Source of the DNA: an uncultured Bacilli bacterium
GTDB taxonomy: Bacteria > Bacillota_I > Bacilli_A > RF39 > UBA660
Length of the DNA: 45,485 nucleotides
Direction of reading: 5' to 3'
Assembly: GCA_944329205.1 (NCBI GenBank)
Contig: CALVHY010000064.1
Span: forward strand, 1 to 45,485
Both the position numbers and the translations under genes were made by a program. Positions 7,802 through 18,355 of this stretch are shown here, piece after piece. Positions within the stretch are counted from its first letter, which is position 1, and every line of letters begins with the position of its first letter. The notes beneath the pieces were generated by a model. The model did no database searches and was not told the origin of the DNA. It worked only from the letters and a program-made list of their open reading frames with translations.

Positions 7802-9124
7802 TTAATTTACGACGAATGGGTCATTAGCTGTTCCTGAACCTGATAGCTGCACATCAGCCTTCAGATTTAATACTGGGCGCACCCCGCCCGCGATATTCAC
7901 GAGGTAGTTGTACAGGTAGCCATTCGAATACACATAGAACACGAAAGCGCGGTTGCTCGTCGCATTAAAGTCATACGGAGACATTGTCCAATATGCACTG
8001 TTCGTATATAGGTAATAACTACTATTACTTGAACCCCTTACACCACCTGCGTACGATACTTCATCGGCTGTGATTAATCCGACTGGATAAGTTAACGCTT
8101 CGTTTCCTACTCCTGCCCCATCGACGGTATATAGATCGTTATCAGGATCAGGACAATCATATGTTGGGGTTTTATTTGTATACAACCTATATCTTGCTCC
8201 ATAATAGGTTGCTGTTGTTCCTGTTCCTCCGGTATCATTTGGTGCTCCGCTTGAACTTGTGGTTGATGTTCGATCACCACAGAATCCTGTTGTTGTTGAT
8301 ATATTGTTGGTGTAGTCTGTACTAGTTGCTATATTATCTTGATACCATTCATCTACTCTTCCTTTAATCGTACTACTTGTTCCTAGTCCATGCACTTCAT
8401 TTTGGGTATACTTATATCCGACATACATATTATTGCTATACGAACTATTGAAATAACTTGTACTTGACAACTGGGTTCCTGTTCCTGTGGTACTAGTACT
8501 GGTGCCATTACAGATGATTCTTATTGTCCCATCACCATTGATTCTAATGATCCTCCAGTAGAATCCGGCAAACGAAAGCCAGTTTTCGGTATTTGCTCCC
8601 GCAAAGTAATAACTTGTACCATCTCCATCCGGTGCTTGGTATATCGTACCATTAGTGTTTGATGTTAATGTTGATGAAAAGCTTGTCCTTTCCTGGATCG
8701 TTTTATCTGCTAATATTACCTCTGATGCTGGAACAGTATATATATCAAAATACAAATAACATTTAGTACCCTTTTGGGAGAGACCGTAGAAGTTTATGAG
8801 GCCATCTGTGTATTCGATTTGAATGGTGTCGTCTTTGGTGTCATTTATAGCACAGTAACTTTCCGTTTCATTTAGGGTGTAACCACTAGTAGGGATAGTA
8901 TCGGTGCTTACATATTCTCCTTCTTCATTTTCTTGGTAGGCGGCAATTATGTTTAAGTCAGATAAAGTGTAGTTAATAGTACCGTTTGCTACTTGAACCG
9001 AGGCAGTTGATCGGTATTTTGCTCTTGTGAAGTTTAAGATTAAGGTTGTGATTAAAGCTATTACTATTACTCCTATAACGATATTTCTTGTTAAATGATT
9101 CTTTTTTAAAGTCTCTATTTCCAT
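7802..9124 (-). CDS. Exported Thr/Ser/Tyr-rich protein with C-terminal CLec-like, DGR-target-like domain
   Basis: N-terminal hydrophobic helix ending FTRAKY; WRIIRINGDGTIR; VGLITADEV; YWTMSP...GVRPVLNLK; GC-richer than its flanks. Confidence 0.7.
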   Translation of the reverse strand: MEIETLKKNHLTRNIVIGVIVIALITTLILNFTRAKYRSTASVQVANGTINYTLSDLNIIAAYQENEEGEYVSTDTIPTSGYTLNETESYCAINDTKDDTIQIEYTDGLINFYGLSQKGTKCYLYFDIYTVPASEVILADKTIQERTSFSSTLTSNTNGTIYQAPDGDGTSYYFAGANTENWLSFAGFYWRIIRINGDGTIRIICNGTSTSTTGTGTQLSSTSYFNSSYSNNMYVGYKYTQNEVHGLGTSSTIKGRVDEWYQDNIATSTDYTNNISTTTGFCGDRTSTTSSSGAPNDTGGTGTTATYYGARYRLYTNKTPTYDCPDPDNDLYTVDGAGVGNEALTYPVGLITADEVSYAGGVRGSSNSSYYLYTNSAYWTMSPYDFNATSNRAFVFYVYSNGYLYNYLVNIAGGVRPVLNLKADVQLSGSGTANDPFVVN

Positions 9125-9372
9125 GGTTTTTCCTCTTTTCTTCCCGCATCATAGCATATATTCCCCTATATTTCATTACGTTCGACAAAACTAGCTAAAA
9201 CTTATCATTTTATTCTCTCATGTATTTGTCTACTATATATTTCTAGTATATAATATTGTTGAGTGAAAATCAATAATTTTATGTTATTTTGCAGCATAAT
9301 TTTTCTTGGTATGATTCCCCAAAATTTGTTTTTTGACTTACAAATGTTTTAAATTTTGTTAAAAATTGGAAG

Positions 9373-9386
9373 CGAATATTTGTTTG
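9373..9386. promoter_or_regulatory. LexA (Cheo/SOS) box-like operator overlapping the -35
   Basis: CGAATATTTGTTTG vs the Firmicute consensus CGAAC-N4-GTTYG. Confidence 0.6.
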
Positions 9387-9412
9387 ACTAGTCCAAACTT
9401 TTGTATTATAAT
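9384..9412 (+). promoter_or_regulatory. SigA promoter of the radical SAM operon
   Basis: TTGACT-17bp-TATAAT. Confidence 0.75.
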
Positions 9413-9429
9413 AAATACAGGTGATTAAT

Positions 9430-10641
9430 ATGACATTGGAAGAAAAATTAGTAATTCTCGCTGACGGAGCCAAGTATGATGCCTCTTGTTCATCAAGTGG
9501 CAGTAAAAGAAGGGATAGTAACGGGCTTGGCAGTGTTGCCTATTCAGGAATATGTCATTCCTTTGCTAGTGATGGCCGCTGTATTTCTCTTTTAAAAATA
9601 CTCATGACCAACTGCTGCATTTTTGATTGCAAGTATTGTCTTAATAGAAAAAGCAATAATATTAAAAGAGCCATCTTTACCCCGGAAGAGATATGTACTA
9701 TTACCATGAATTTTTACCGAAGAAATTACATTGAAGGATTATTCTTAAGTTCCGGTATTATTAAAAGCCCTGATTACACAATGGAGTTACTCATTAAAAC
9801 AATCAAAATGTTAAGATATAAATATCATTTTCATGGCTACATTCATTGTAAAGCCATCCCTGGTGCAAGCAATCAATTGCTAAAGGAATTAGGCTGTTTA
9901 GTTGATAGGTTAAGTGCTAATATTGAATTACCAACCGCAAATGGTCTAAAACTTTTAGCTCCCAATAAAGAAGAAAATAAAGTTACGAAAATTATGTCAT
10001 ATGTCAAAGAAAATCGTAACGCATCTTTTGTTCCTGCTGGCCAAAGTACGCAAATGATTGTTGGAGCTACGAAAGAAACGGACTTAGATATAATGAATAA
10101 AAGTGAATCTCTATATAAAAGTTATGATTTAAAAAGAGTATTTTACTCCGCTTATATTCCGGTAAATAAAGACAAATTATTACCCGCTCTTACTACGCCC
10201 CCTTTACTAAGGGAACACCGTCTTTATCAAGCCGATTGGCTGTTAAGATTTTACGGTTTTAAAACCAAAGATTTACTAGATGAAGATAATCCTAATTTTA
10301 ATATTTTAATGGATCCCAAAGCCAATTGGGCCCTAAGACACTTAGATGAATTTCCCAAAGAAATTAACGAAGCAACTTATTATGATTTATTAAAAGTTCC
10401 TGGAATTGGCATCAAATCTGCTCAAAGAATTATCGCTTGTCGGCAAAATTTTAAAATAACTTTTAATGATCTAAAGAAAATAGGAGTAGTTATCAAACGC
10501 GCTAAATATTTTATTACTTGCAATCACCAATATTTTATTAACAGCAATTATTTTCACAAAAGTTTTATTGAAACCAATTTAATTTTAGAAGACAGTATTA
10601 AAGACGAATCTTTAAAAGAACAATTAAGTTTATTTTCATGA
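9430..10641 (+). CDS. Putative DNA modification/repair radical SAM protein with HhH motif (TIGR03916-like)
   Basis: AKYDASCSSSG, GICHSF..DGRCISLLK, CIFDCKYC, REHRLYQADWLLRFYGF, LLKVPGIG. Confidence 0.92.
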   Translation: MTLEEKLVILADGAKYDASCSSSGSKRRDSNGLGSVAYSGICHSFASDGRCISLLKILMTNCCIFDCKYCLNRKSNNIKRAIFTPEEICTITMNFYRRNYIEGLFLSSGIIKSPDYTMELLIKTIKMLRYKYHFHGYIHCKAIPGASNQLLKELGCLVDRLSANIELPTANGLKLLAPNKEENKVTKIMSYVKENRNASFVPAGQSTQMIVGATKETDLDIMNKSESLYKSYDLKRVFYSAYIPVNKDKLLPALTTPPLLREHRLYQADWLLRFYGFKTKDLLDEDNPNFNILMDPKANWALRHLDEFPKEINEATYYDLLKVPGIGIKSAQRIIACRQNFKITFNDLKKIGVVIKRAKYFITCNHQYFINSNYFHKSFIETNLILEDSIKDESLKEQLSLFS

Positions 10642-11396
10642 AAAACATTTATTTATACGATGATTCCTTCTCTAGTCTTCTAAATTTAATCAATAAATTA
10701 TTAGAATTAAAAATAATCCCTTTAGATATAAAAACCAAAAAAGACTTTACTCCTACCTTATTAGATGAACCAATTACCTTAGAATTAAATAAATCTTTTA
10801 ATATTCAAAGTATCAATGTTTCTAAAAAAATTATCAAAACAGTTTACTATGTTTATTTATCAACTGATCCTAAAAAGGAACTAATAATATACTACTTTTT
10901 ATTAAATGCTTTAAAATACCAAGATAAGATATTTTATATGCGTACTTTAAAATGTGTAAATAGTACTTTAAAATTAGCTAAACGCATCAGCAATGAATGT
11001 CATAAACTAAAAGGGTTTTTAAGATTTAAAGAGATGAATAATCATGTTTTATATGCTGAGGCTAGCCCCACCAACAATGTTTTAGAATTATTATCAAATC
11101 ATTTTGCTAAAAGACTTAAAAATGAGATTTGGATAATAAAAGATGTAGGAAGAAATATGTATAGTATTTATTATAAGCCAAAATACTATATAGTATCAGG
11201 CCAAAACATAAATATCCAAAAATTTAATATTAGTTGTGATGAAGAAAATATAGAAAAACTTTGGCTATCATTTTTTAAAACCATAGGCATCGAAGCAAGA
11301 AAAAACTCAAGATGCCAAATGAATTTTATGCCTAAAAAATATTGGCCATATATAATAGAAATGGAGCGTGTTTATGAAAAAAGTAATAATGGGTGA
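10638..11396 (+). CDS. TIGR03915/DUF4130-like putative DNA repair protein
   Basis: E.HKLKGFLRF, HFAKRL..E.WII.D..R, MNFMPKKYW; ATGA overlap with the radical SAM gene. Confidence 0.88.
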   Translation: MKNIYLYDDSFSSLLNLINKLLELKIIPLDIKTKKDFTPTLLDEPITLELNKSFNIQSINVSKKIIKTVYYVYLSTDPKKELIIYYFLLNALKYQDKIFYMRTLKCVNSTLKLAKRISNECHKLKGFLRFKEMNNHVLYAEASPTNNVLELLSNHFAKRLKNEIWIIKDVGRNMYSIYYKPKYYIVSGQNINIQKFNISCDEENIEKLWLSFFKTIGIEARKNSRCQMNFMPKKYWPYIIEMERVYEKSNNG

Positions 11397-12927
11397 AGAA
11401 TTATATGATTGCCTAGAAAAATCCCTTTTATTATTATGTAGTGCTGTAAAAAAAACCTTAGGACCAAGGGGTTCTAATGCTATAATTGATCATTCCCTTT
11501 TGCAGCCATTTATTACCAATGATGGCGTAACCATTGCTAGAAATATTGAAAGTGAAGACGAACGAATCAATACGATTCTTACTCTTGCCAAAGAAGCTGC
11601 CATTAAAACAGATGAAATTGTTGGTGATGGCACTACCACCACTTTAGTTTTACTTGAAAGTATATTTAAAAACGGCCTTACTAAAATTAAAAATGGCACC
11701 AATCCCCATATCTTAAAAAAAGAATTAGACAATGCCTTAGGAGAAATTATTAAAAAAATAGAAAACGAAAGTAAAATTCCTACCATCAAAAACTATTATG
11801 ATATTACAGCTGTCGCTGCCAATGATGAAAATATCGGAAAAATAATTACCTCAATGTATCTAAAATTACAAGAAACTAGTGCTATTAAAATAGAAGAAAG
11901 TAAAACTAGTGCTACATATACTGAAGTCGTCACTGGCTATAGTTTTGAACCCCTTTTAGCTTCTCCTTATTTTATAAATAATACTAAAAAAATAATAGCT
12001 AAAAACAGTTTAATCTTAATCATGACTAAAGAAGTAAATAACATTGACGAAATAAGCAAAATCATAAACTATACCATTAAAGAAAAAACACCCCTTGTTA
12101 TAATCGCATCTCATTATAATGAAGAAGTAATAAATGAAATTTTAGCCTTAAATTTCAATAAAATAACAAACGTTACCTTACTTAATTTACCTGAATATGG
12201 TCTCCATCAAATGGATATATTAAAAGATTTAGAAATTATTACTAATGCTAAAATAATTAAAACTAATGACGAAATAAATTTGAATAACATTGGCAAATGT
12301 GCAGAAATAAAGATTAGCCAAAATCTTGCTATCGTAAATTGTAACCTCAAAAGCGCTACTATTAAAAAACATGTTAATGCTTTAAAAAAGATCAAAAAAG
12401 CAACCACTGATGATTACGAACGAGACTTTTTAGAAACTAGATTAGCCAAGTTAACAAACGGAATTGCCACCATTTATGTTGGCTCTCCTACTACTACTGA
12501 GGCCAAAGAGAAAAAAATGCGTTTTGATGATGCTTTATGTGCCTTAAAAAGTGCTACTAGTGGTATTGTTCCTGGAAGCGGTTTAATTTTATTAAAAATA
12601 AAAGAAGATTTAATTGCTAATAATGATGGTTTTGCTATTTTAAAAGAAGCCTTAGATAAGCCATTTATGCAAATACTTGAAAACGTTGGCCTTAAATCTT
12701 CTGATATATATCTTAAAATTAAAAAAAGTAATTTTAATTTAATTTATAATGCATTAGAAAACAAATTTGAATCAGTAGCAGAAACTAAAATAATAGATCC
12801 CACCAAAGTAATTATAACCGCCCTCAAAAATGCTGTTTCTATCGCTGGTATGCTCCTTACCACATCAAGTTTAATTATTAATGAATCTAAACAAATAGCA
12901 AATTACAATATAAATAATGAAATATAA
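11374..12927 (+). CDS. Divergent GroEL/Cpn60-family chaperonin
   Basis: TLGPRG, TNDGVTIA, GDGTTT, RFDDAL, IVPGSG, IIDPTKV; no GGM tail; overlaps the upstream gene. Confidence 0.88.
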   Translation: MKKVIMGEELYDCLEKSLLLLCSAVKKTLGPRGSNAIIDHSLLQPFITNDGVTIARNIESEDERINTILTLAKEAAIKTDEIVGDGTTTTLVLLESIFKNGLTKIKNGTNPHILKKELDNALGEIIKKIENESKIPTIKNYYDITAVAANDENIGKIITSMYLKLQETSAIKIEESKTSATYTEVVTGYSFEPLLASPYFINNTKKIIAKNSLILIMTKEVNNIDEISKIINYTIKEKTPLVIIASHYNEEVINEILALNFNKITNVTLLNLPEYGLHQMDILKDLEIITNAKIIKTNDEINLNNIGKCAEIKISQNLAIVNCNLKSATIKKHVNALKKIKKATTDDYERDFLETRLAKLTNGIATIYVGSPTTTEAKEKKMRFDDALCALKSATSGIVPGSGLILLKIKEDLIANNDGFAILKEALDKPFMQILENVGLKSSDIYLKIKKSNFNLIYNALENKFESVAETKIIDPTKVIITALKNAVSIAGMLLTTSSLIINESKQIANYNINNEI

Positions 12928-13012
12928 AGCTTTAATTTATCTAAAAATTCAAAGTTAAACTTTCTTTTGCCCAAACTTTATAATATAATAATAACATGAA
13001 AGGAAGTTGTTT

Positions 13013-14398
13013 ATGAAGCTTTACAACACTTTAACAAGGAAAATAGAGGATTTCCTTCCTTGGGAATCAGGAATTGTTAAAATGTATACATGTGGGCCTA
13101 CTGTTTATGGCTATGCTCATATAGGTAATTTAAGAACCTACATTATGGAAGATATTTTAGAAAAGACTTTAAGATTTATTGGCTATGACGTAAAACGTGT
13201 TATGAACATTACCGATGTTGGCCATTTAACTAGTGATGCTGATACTGGTGATGACAAAATGGTTAAAAGCGCTAAAAAAGAAAATAAAACGGTATTAGAT
13301 ATAGCTAAGTTTTATACCGATGCTTTTTTTAAAGACACAGAAAAGTTAAATATCAAAAAACCGGATATTGTTAGTCCCGCCACGGCTAATATTGATGAAT
13401 ACATTAAAATAATAACCAAATTACTAGCTACCGGCTATGCTTATTCAGCCGGGGGAAATATATATTTTGATACATCGAAATTAGATAATTACTATAAACT
13501 TACCAATCAAAGTGGTGATGAACTAATAACGGGGGTAAGAGATACTGTTGATGAAGACGAAAATAAAAAGAACAAAACTGATTTTGTTTTATGGTTTACT
13601 AAATCTAAGTTTGATGATCAAGAATTAAAATGGGACAGTCCTTTTGGCAAGGGCTATCCCGGCTGGCACATTGAATGTAGTGGCATATCCTTAAAATATC
13701 TTGGTGAATACTTAGATATCCATTGTGGTGGTGTTGATAACATATTTCCTCATCACACCAATGAAATAGCTCAAAGTGAAGCTTATCTTAATCACCAATG
13801 GTGTAAATACTGGGTCCATGGTGAACATCTAAATGACGCCACTGGTAAAATGAGTAAGTCAAAAGGAAAGATCTTAACCGTATCCACCTTAGAAAGTGAA
13901 GGTTTTGACCCCTTAAGTTATCGTTTTATGGTTCTGCAAAGTCATTATCGTAAGCAATTAACTTTTAGTTTCGACTCCTTAAGTGGCGCCGAAAATGCTT
14001 ATAAAAAATTAAAATCCAAAATAGCAGCCTTAAAAAATGAAGGGCAGGTAGAAAAAAACGTATTAGAAACATACGTTACCAAGTTTAAAGAGTGTTTAGA
14101 AAGTGATTTAAATACAGCTAATGCTATTACTTTACTCTACGACTTATTAAAAGAAAATACTACAGATCTTACCAAGAGAAAAGCAATTGCCCAAATGGAT
14201 AAAGTATTATCTCTTGACTTATTAAAAACGGAAAAAATAAATGTTGATAAAAAATATATTACTGAAATGATTGAAAAAAGAAATGAGGCTAAGAAAGTTA
14301 AAGATTATCTTCTAGCCGATTCTATTAGAAACGAATTAGAAAGAAATGGGATTATTTTAAAAGATACTCGCGAAGGCACCATTTATGAGGTAAAATAA
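13013..14398 (+). CDS. cysS: Cysteinyl-tRNA synthetase
   Basis: [32 protein letters not shown]. Confidence 0.97.
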   Translation: MKLYNTLTRKIEDFLPWESGIVKMYTCGPTVYGYAHIGNLRTYIMEDILEKTLRFIGYDVKRVMNITDVGHLTSDADTGDDKMVKSAKKENKTVLDIAKFYTDAFFKDTEKLNIKKPDIVSPATANIDEYIKIITKLLATGYAYSAGGNIYFDTSKLDNYYKLTNQSGDELITGVRDTVDEDENKKNKTDFVLWFTKSKFDDQELKWDSPFGKGYPGWHIECSGISLKYLGEYLDIHCGGVDNIFPHHTNEIAQSEAYLNHQWCKYWVHGEHLNDATGKMSKSKGKILTVSTLESEGFDPLSYRFMVLQSHYRKQLTFSFDSLSGAENAYKKLKSKIAALKNEGQVEKNVLETYVTKFKECLESDLNTANAITLLYDLLKENTTDLTKRKAIAQMDKVLSLDLLKTEKINVDKKYITEMIEKRNEAKKVKDYLLADSIRNELERNGIILKDTREGTIYEVK

Positions 14399-15024
14399 TG
14401 GTTCTTGATTTTGTATTTATTATTATAATTGTCATATTGTTAATTCTAAATATACTTATTAGAATTATGGGCAAACAAGCCCAAAAAGTTTCCAATGGCA
14501 GTGGCTTATCCGGTTTTGAAATAGCAAGGCAAATATCTTCTCGTTTGAGCCCCAATGAGCCCCATATAATAAAGAAAAACGGAAAATATTTAGATCACTA
14601 CAATCAAGAGCGCAATGTAATAAAATTGTCCCCGCTAGTCTTTGATGGCGAAGACCTTTATGCTTCACTTGTTGCTATTAACATTGCCCTAGAAACAGCT
14701 AAAGAAAGAAAAACAGGATGCATAATACGTAAACTAAACTCCTTTTTAGTCATAGCCAGTTATATTATGATCTTCCTAGGTGCCTTTGCTAATAATATAT
14801 TAGTAATTCGCCTTGGCATGATTCTTTTTATTCTAAGTTTTCTTATTGAATTTATTTTAGTTTCCACCTTCCTTCGCAATAAAGAAGAAATGGCTAAATT
14901 ATATAATTTAATTAAAAAAGAAAACTTGATAAAACCAACTGCAAAATATAAAGATTATTTTACCGTATTATCTTTCCTTCATTTAGCAACCCTTCCTTAT
15001 AGTTTTATTAATTATTTTCGCTAA
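14398..15024 (+). CDS. YugP-like (neutral zinc metallopeptidase family) membrane protein lacking HExxH
   Basis: GLSGFEIARQI, LDHYN, IKLS..VFDG, downstream TM helices. Confidence 0.65.
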   Translation: MVLDFVFIIIIVILLILNILIRIMGKQAQKVSNGSGLSGFEIARQISSRLSPNEPHIIKKNGKYLDHYNQERNVIKLSPLVFDGEDLYASLVAINIALETAKERKTGCIIRKLNSFLVIASYIMIFLGAFANNILVIRLGMILFILSFLIEFILVSTFLRNKEEMAKLYNLIKKENLIKPTAKYKDYFTVLSFLHLATLPYSFINYFR

Positions 15025-15046
15025 GAACATTAAAAGTGTTCTTTTT
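15023..15046 (+). terminator. Terminator
   Basis: aagaacat-taaaa-gtgttctt then T-run. Confidence 0.5.
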
Positions 15047-15173
15047 CTATTTTAAAGTTATTTACAACAATAATATTAATATGATAAAATAATCATGGCT
15101 TTGAAAGCAAATTATTCATAAAACGTTTTAACTTTAAGATAAATATGTTATAATAAAAACAATAGGTGGTAAC

Positions 15174-16232
15174 ATGAATTTAGAAATAAACGGATATAAT
15201 ATATTCAATATATTTTTCATAACTTTATTAACCAGTATGGTTTTAACAACTATTGTCAAAAAAATTGCCCTACATATAAATGCCATGGATATACCAAACG
15301 AAAGAAAAGTTCATAAAAAGCCCATGCCAAGAATAGGTGGATTAGCCATTTTTGGGGCCTTTATTGTCGGATACATGTTATACGGCACTTTATCTACCCA
15401 AATGTTAAGTGTTTTAATCGGAGGTTTTTTAATAGTCATAACCGGCATTATTGATGATATTAAACCCATTAAAGCAAGATATAAATTTTTAGCTCAAATT
15501 ATTGCCGCGGTAATCGTAGTCATTTATGGCGAACTATATTTTAACAACATTACCTTGTTTGGTCAAATATTTGTTTTTCCGACTTGGATTAATATAATTT
15601 TATCTATTTTCTTTGTTGTTGCCTGTATAAACATTATTAATTTAATTGATGGCTTAGATGGTCTAGCCGCTGGTGTTAGTACTATTTATTTTATAACAAT
15701 AGCTATTATTGGCTTTGTTTTAAATAAACTTGGTGGCTTAGATGTTATCATCTCCGTAATTATGATAGGAAGTACCATGGGCTTTTTAGTTCACAATTTT
15801 CCTCCTGCTAAAATATTTATGGGAGATACCGGTAGTATGTTTTTAGGCTTTATGATTGCTGTTATAGCTCTTTTAGGTTATAAAGTAGCTACCATGACAT
15901 CTATCATTATTCCTATTATCCTTTTATCGCTTCCTATATTCGATACCTTATTCGCCATTATTAGAAGAGTACTAAAAGGTGAATCAATAGGAACTCCTGA
16001 TAAAGAGCATCTACATCACCAGCTTCTTCGCATGACATCTTCAACGAAAAAAACTGTAATTATAATATATATTGTAAATGCCTTATTTTCGGCTGCCTCA
16101 ATTCTTTTCGTTCTTGGGGATAATAAACAAGCCATTGCCTTATACGTTGCTTTAATGATATTCTTTATCTTTATCGTATTAAAAACTAATATATTATTTG
16201 ATCATAAAAAAAAGAAAGAAGGTAAAAAATGA
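15174..16232 (+). CDS. TagO/WecA-like undecaprenyl-phosphate GlcNAc-1-P transferase (MraY family)
   Basis: D.PNERKVH, GIIDD, NLIDGLDGLA, IFMGDTGS, HLHH. Confidence 0.92.
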   Translation: MNLEINGYNIFNIFFITLLTSMVLTTIVKKIALHINAMDIPNERKVHKKPMPRIGGLAIFGAFIVGYMLYGTLSTQMLSVLIGGFLIVITGIIDDIKPIKARYKFLAQIIAAVIVVIYGELYFNNITLFGQIFVFPTWINIILSIFFVVACINIINLIDGLDGLAAGVSTIYFITIAIIGFVLNKLGGLDVIISVIMIGSTMGFLVHNFPPAKIFMGDTGSMFLGFMIAVIALLGYKVATMTSIIIPIILLSLPIFDTLFAIIRRVLKGESIGTPDKEHLHHQLLRMTSSTKKTVIIIYIVNALFSAASILFVLGDNKQAIALYVALMIFFIFIVLKTNILFDHKKKKEGKK

Positions 16233-17242
16233 AAAAAATATTAGTAACGGGTGGAGCAGGATATATAGGCTCTCATACAGCCGTGGAATTATTAAACGCA
16301 GGATATGAAATTATTATAGTAGATAACTTTTATAATTCAAAACCCGAGACTATAGAAAATATCAAAAAAATAACCAACAAAGATTTTCTCTTTTACGAAG
16401 GAGATGTTTGTGACAAAAAACTACTTCGTAAAATATTTAGCGAAAACGAAATAGATGCTGCCATTCATTTTGCTGGTTTTAAAGCTGTAGGTGAATCTGT
16501 AGCCAAACCTTTAATGTATTATCGCAATAATATCGATAGCACCTTAACTTTATTAGAGACGATGCAAGAATTTAATTGCCAAAAGCTCGTCTTTTCATCA
16601 AGTGCCACCGTATATGGTGACCCCGAAAGATTACCGATTGATGAAAAATGTCGTCTTTCTGTCACTAATCCTTACGGGGCAACCAAGCTTTATATTGAAG
16701 GCATATTAAAAGATTTATACATCTCTGATAATGAATGGAGTATTGCTATTTTAAGATACTTTAACCCTGTTGGTGCCCATGAAAGTAGACTAATAGGCGA
16801 AGATCCTAATGGCATTCCCAATAATTTAGTTCCCTATATTGTGAAGGTTGCTAACAAAGAGTTACCTTATTTAAATATATTTGGCAATGACTATAACACC
16901 AAAGATGGGACAGGAGTTAGAGATTATATCCATGTTGTTGATTTAGCCAAGGGCCATCTTAATAGTCTTAATTATATTTTAGATCATAAAGGCATTGATT
17001 ATTACAACTTAGGCACGGGAAAAGGTTACAGCGTTTTAGAGTTAGTTAAAACATTCGAAAAAGTAAACAATGTCACTATTCCTTATAAAATAGTTGATCG
17101 TCGACCAGGCGATATCGCCGTATGTTATGCTAATCCTAGTTATGCTAAAGAAAAATTAAATTGGGAAGCAAAATTAGGATTAGAAAGTATGCTAAAAAGT
17201 TCGTACAATTTTTCTAAAAATACTAACCATAAAAAATTATAG
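16229..17242 (+). CDS. galE: UDP-glucose 4-epimerase
   Basis: GGAGYIGSH, KAVGES, YGATK, LRYFNPVGAH. Confidence 0.95.
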   Translation: MKKILVTGGAGYIGSHTAVELLNAGYEIIIVDNFYNSKPETIENIKKITNKDFLFYEGDVCDKKLLRKIFSENEIDAAIHFAGFKAVGESVAKPLMYYRNNIDSTLTLLETMQEFNCQKLVFSSSATVYGDPERLPIDEKCRLSVTNPYGATKLYIEGILKDLYISDNEWSIAILRYFNPVGAHESRLIGEDPNGIPNNLVPYIVKVANKELPYLNIFGNDYNTKDGTGVRDYIHVVDLAKGHLNSLNYILDHKGIDYYNLGTGKGYSVLELVKTFEKVNNVTIPYKIVDRRPGDIAVCYANPSYAKEKLNWEAKLGLESMLKSSYNFSKNTNHKKL

Positions 17243-17343
17243 CCTAGATTTTATGCCTAGGTTTTTTTATTCAAAATTATTATTTAATAATTTCTATACT
17301 ATGATTTATTCGTTTTGCTTAACTGATTTAATATGTATTTTTG

Positions 17344-17372
17344 TTGCGAAATGTAAGTATACATGCTATAAT
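17344..17372 (+). promoter_or_regulatory. SigA promoter of the polysaccharide operon
   Basis: TTGCGA-17bp-TGnTATAAT, downstream of a weak hairpin and T-run after galE. Confidence 0.6.
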
Positions 17373-17395
17373 TAGGCTAGATAGGAGTAATTGAA

Positions 17396-18355
17396 ATGAA
17401 AACTTATTTGATAACGGGTGGCGCTGGTTTTATAGGTTCGACATTATCCGAAAAACTAATAAATCTTAATAATAAAGTTATAGTTGTCGACAATTTTTGT
17501 GATTATTATGATCCGAAAATAAAAGAAAAAAATATTCAAAATCTTCAAAACAATAAAAATTTTTGTTTATACAAAGTAGACATAAGAGATTTGACTCAAA
17601 TGGATGAAATATTTCAACGCCATAATATTGATTGCATTGTCCATTTAGCCGCCATGGCTGGAGTTAGGCCATCAATAGAAAATCCGATATTGTATCAAAG
17701 TGTAAACGGAATGGGAACTCAAAATATATTAGAAATTGCCCATAAATATAATGTAAAAAATTTAGTAATGGCATCTTCAAGCAGTGTCTACGGCAACTGT
17801 AGTGAAGTTCCTTTTAAAGAAACATTTGTAGTAGATTATGCTATCAGTCCATATGCCGCGACAAAGAAGGCAAACGAGGTTATGGCGCACGTTTATCATC
17901 ACTTATATGATATAAATATTATAATGTTAAGATTTTTTACTGTGTATGGCCCCAAGCAAAGACCTGATCTAGCCATAAACAAATTTACTAGATTGATGCT
18001 AGAAGGCCGTGAAATACCAATGTTTGGAGATGGCACTTCATCTAGAGATTACACATATGTAGATGATATAGTAGATGGCATAATAAAATCGATTAAATAT
18101 AATTTTGATAATGATAATGTATATGAAATAATTAATCTTGGTAATTCCTCTCCAGTGTCTTTAAAAGAAATGATTAATACCATTGCCGAGGTTTTAAACG
18201 TTGAACCTCAAATAACTCAATTACCAATGCAACCAGGGGATGTTGAAAAAACTTATGCTGATATCAGTAAAGCAAGAAAAATGATAGGCTATAATCCGAA
18301 AGTTTCGTTTAAAGAGGGTATTACCAAATTTATAGAATGGTACCGAAATTTATGA
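17396..18355 (+). CDS. NAD-dependent epimerase (UDP-glucuronate 4-epimerase-like)
   Basis: GGAGFIG, HLAAMAGVRPS, SPYAATKK, LRFFTVYGP..RPDLA, QPGDV. Confidence 0.85.
   Translation: MKTYLITGGAGFIGSTLSEKLINLNNKVIVVDNFCDYYDPKIKEKNIQNLQNNKNFCLYKVDIRDLTQMDEIFQRHNIDCIVHLAAMAGVRPSIENPILYQSVNGMGTQNILEIAHKYNVKNLVMASSSSVYGNCSEVPFKETFVVDYAISPYAATKKANEVMAHVYHHLYDINIIMLRFFTVYGPKQRPDLAINKFTRLMLEGREIPMFGDGTSSRDYTYVDDIVDGIIKSIKYNFDNDNVYEIINLGNSSPVSLKEMINTIAEVLNVEPQITQLPMQPGDVEKTYADISKARKMIGYNPKVSFKEGITKFIEWYRNL

Noticed and set aside
8973-9473. 71-aa and 64-aa minus-strand ORFs
   Set aside because: They overlap better-supported genes out of frame or antisense, with no RBS or motifs.
12928-13012. T-box leader upstream of cysS
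   Set aside because: Too short and no T-box motif.
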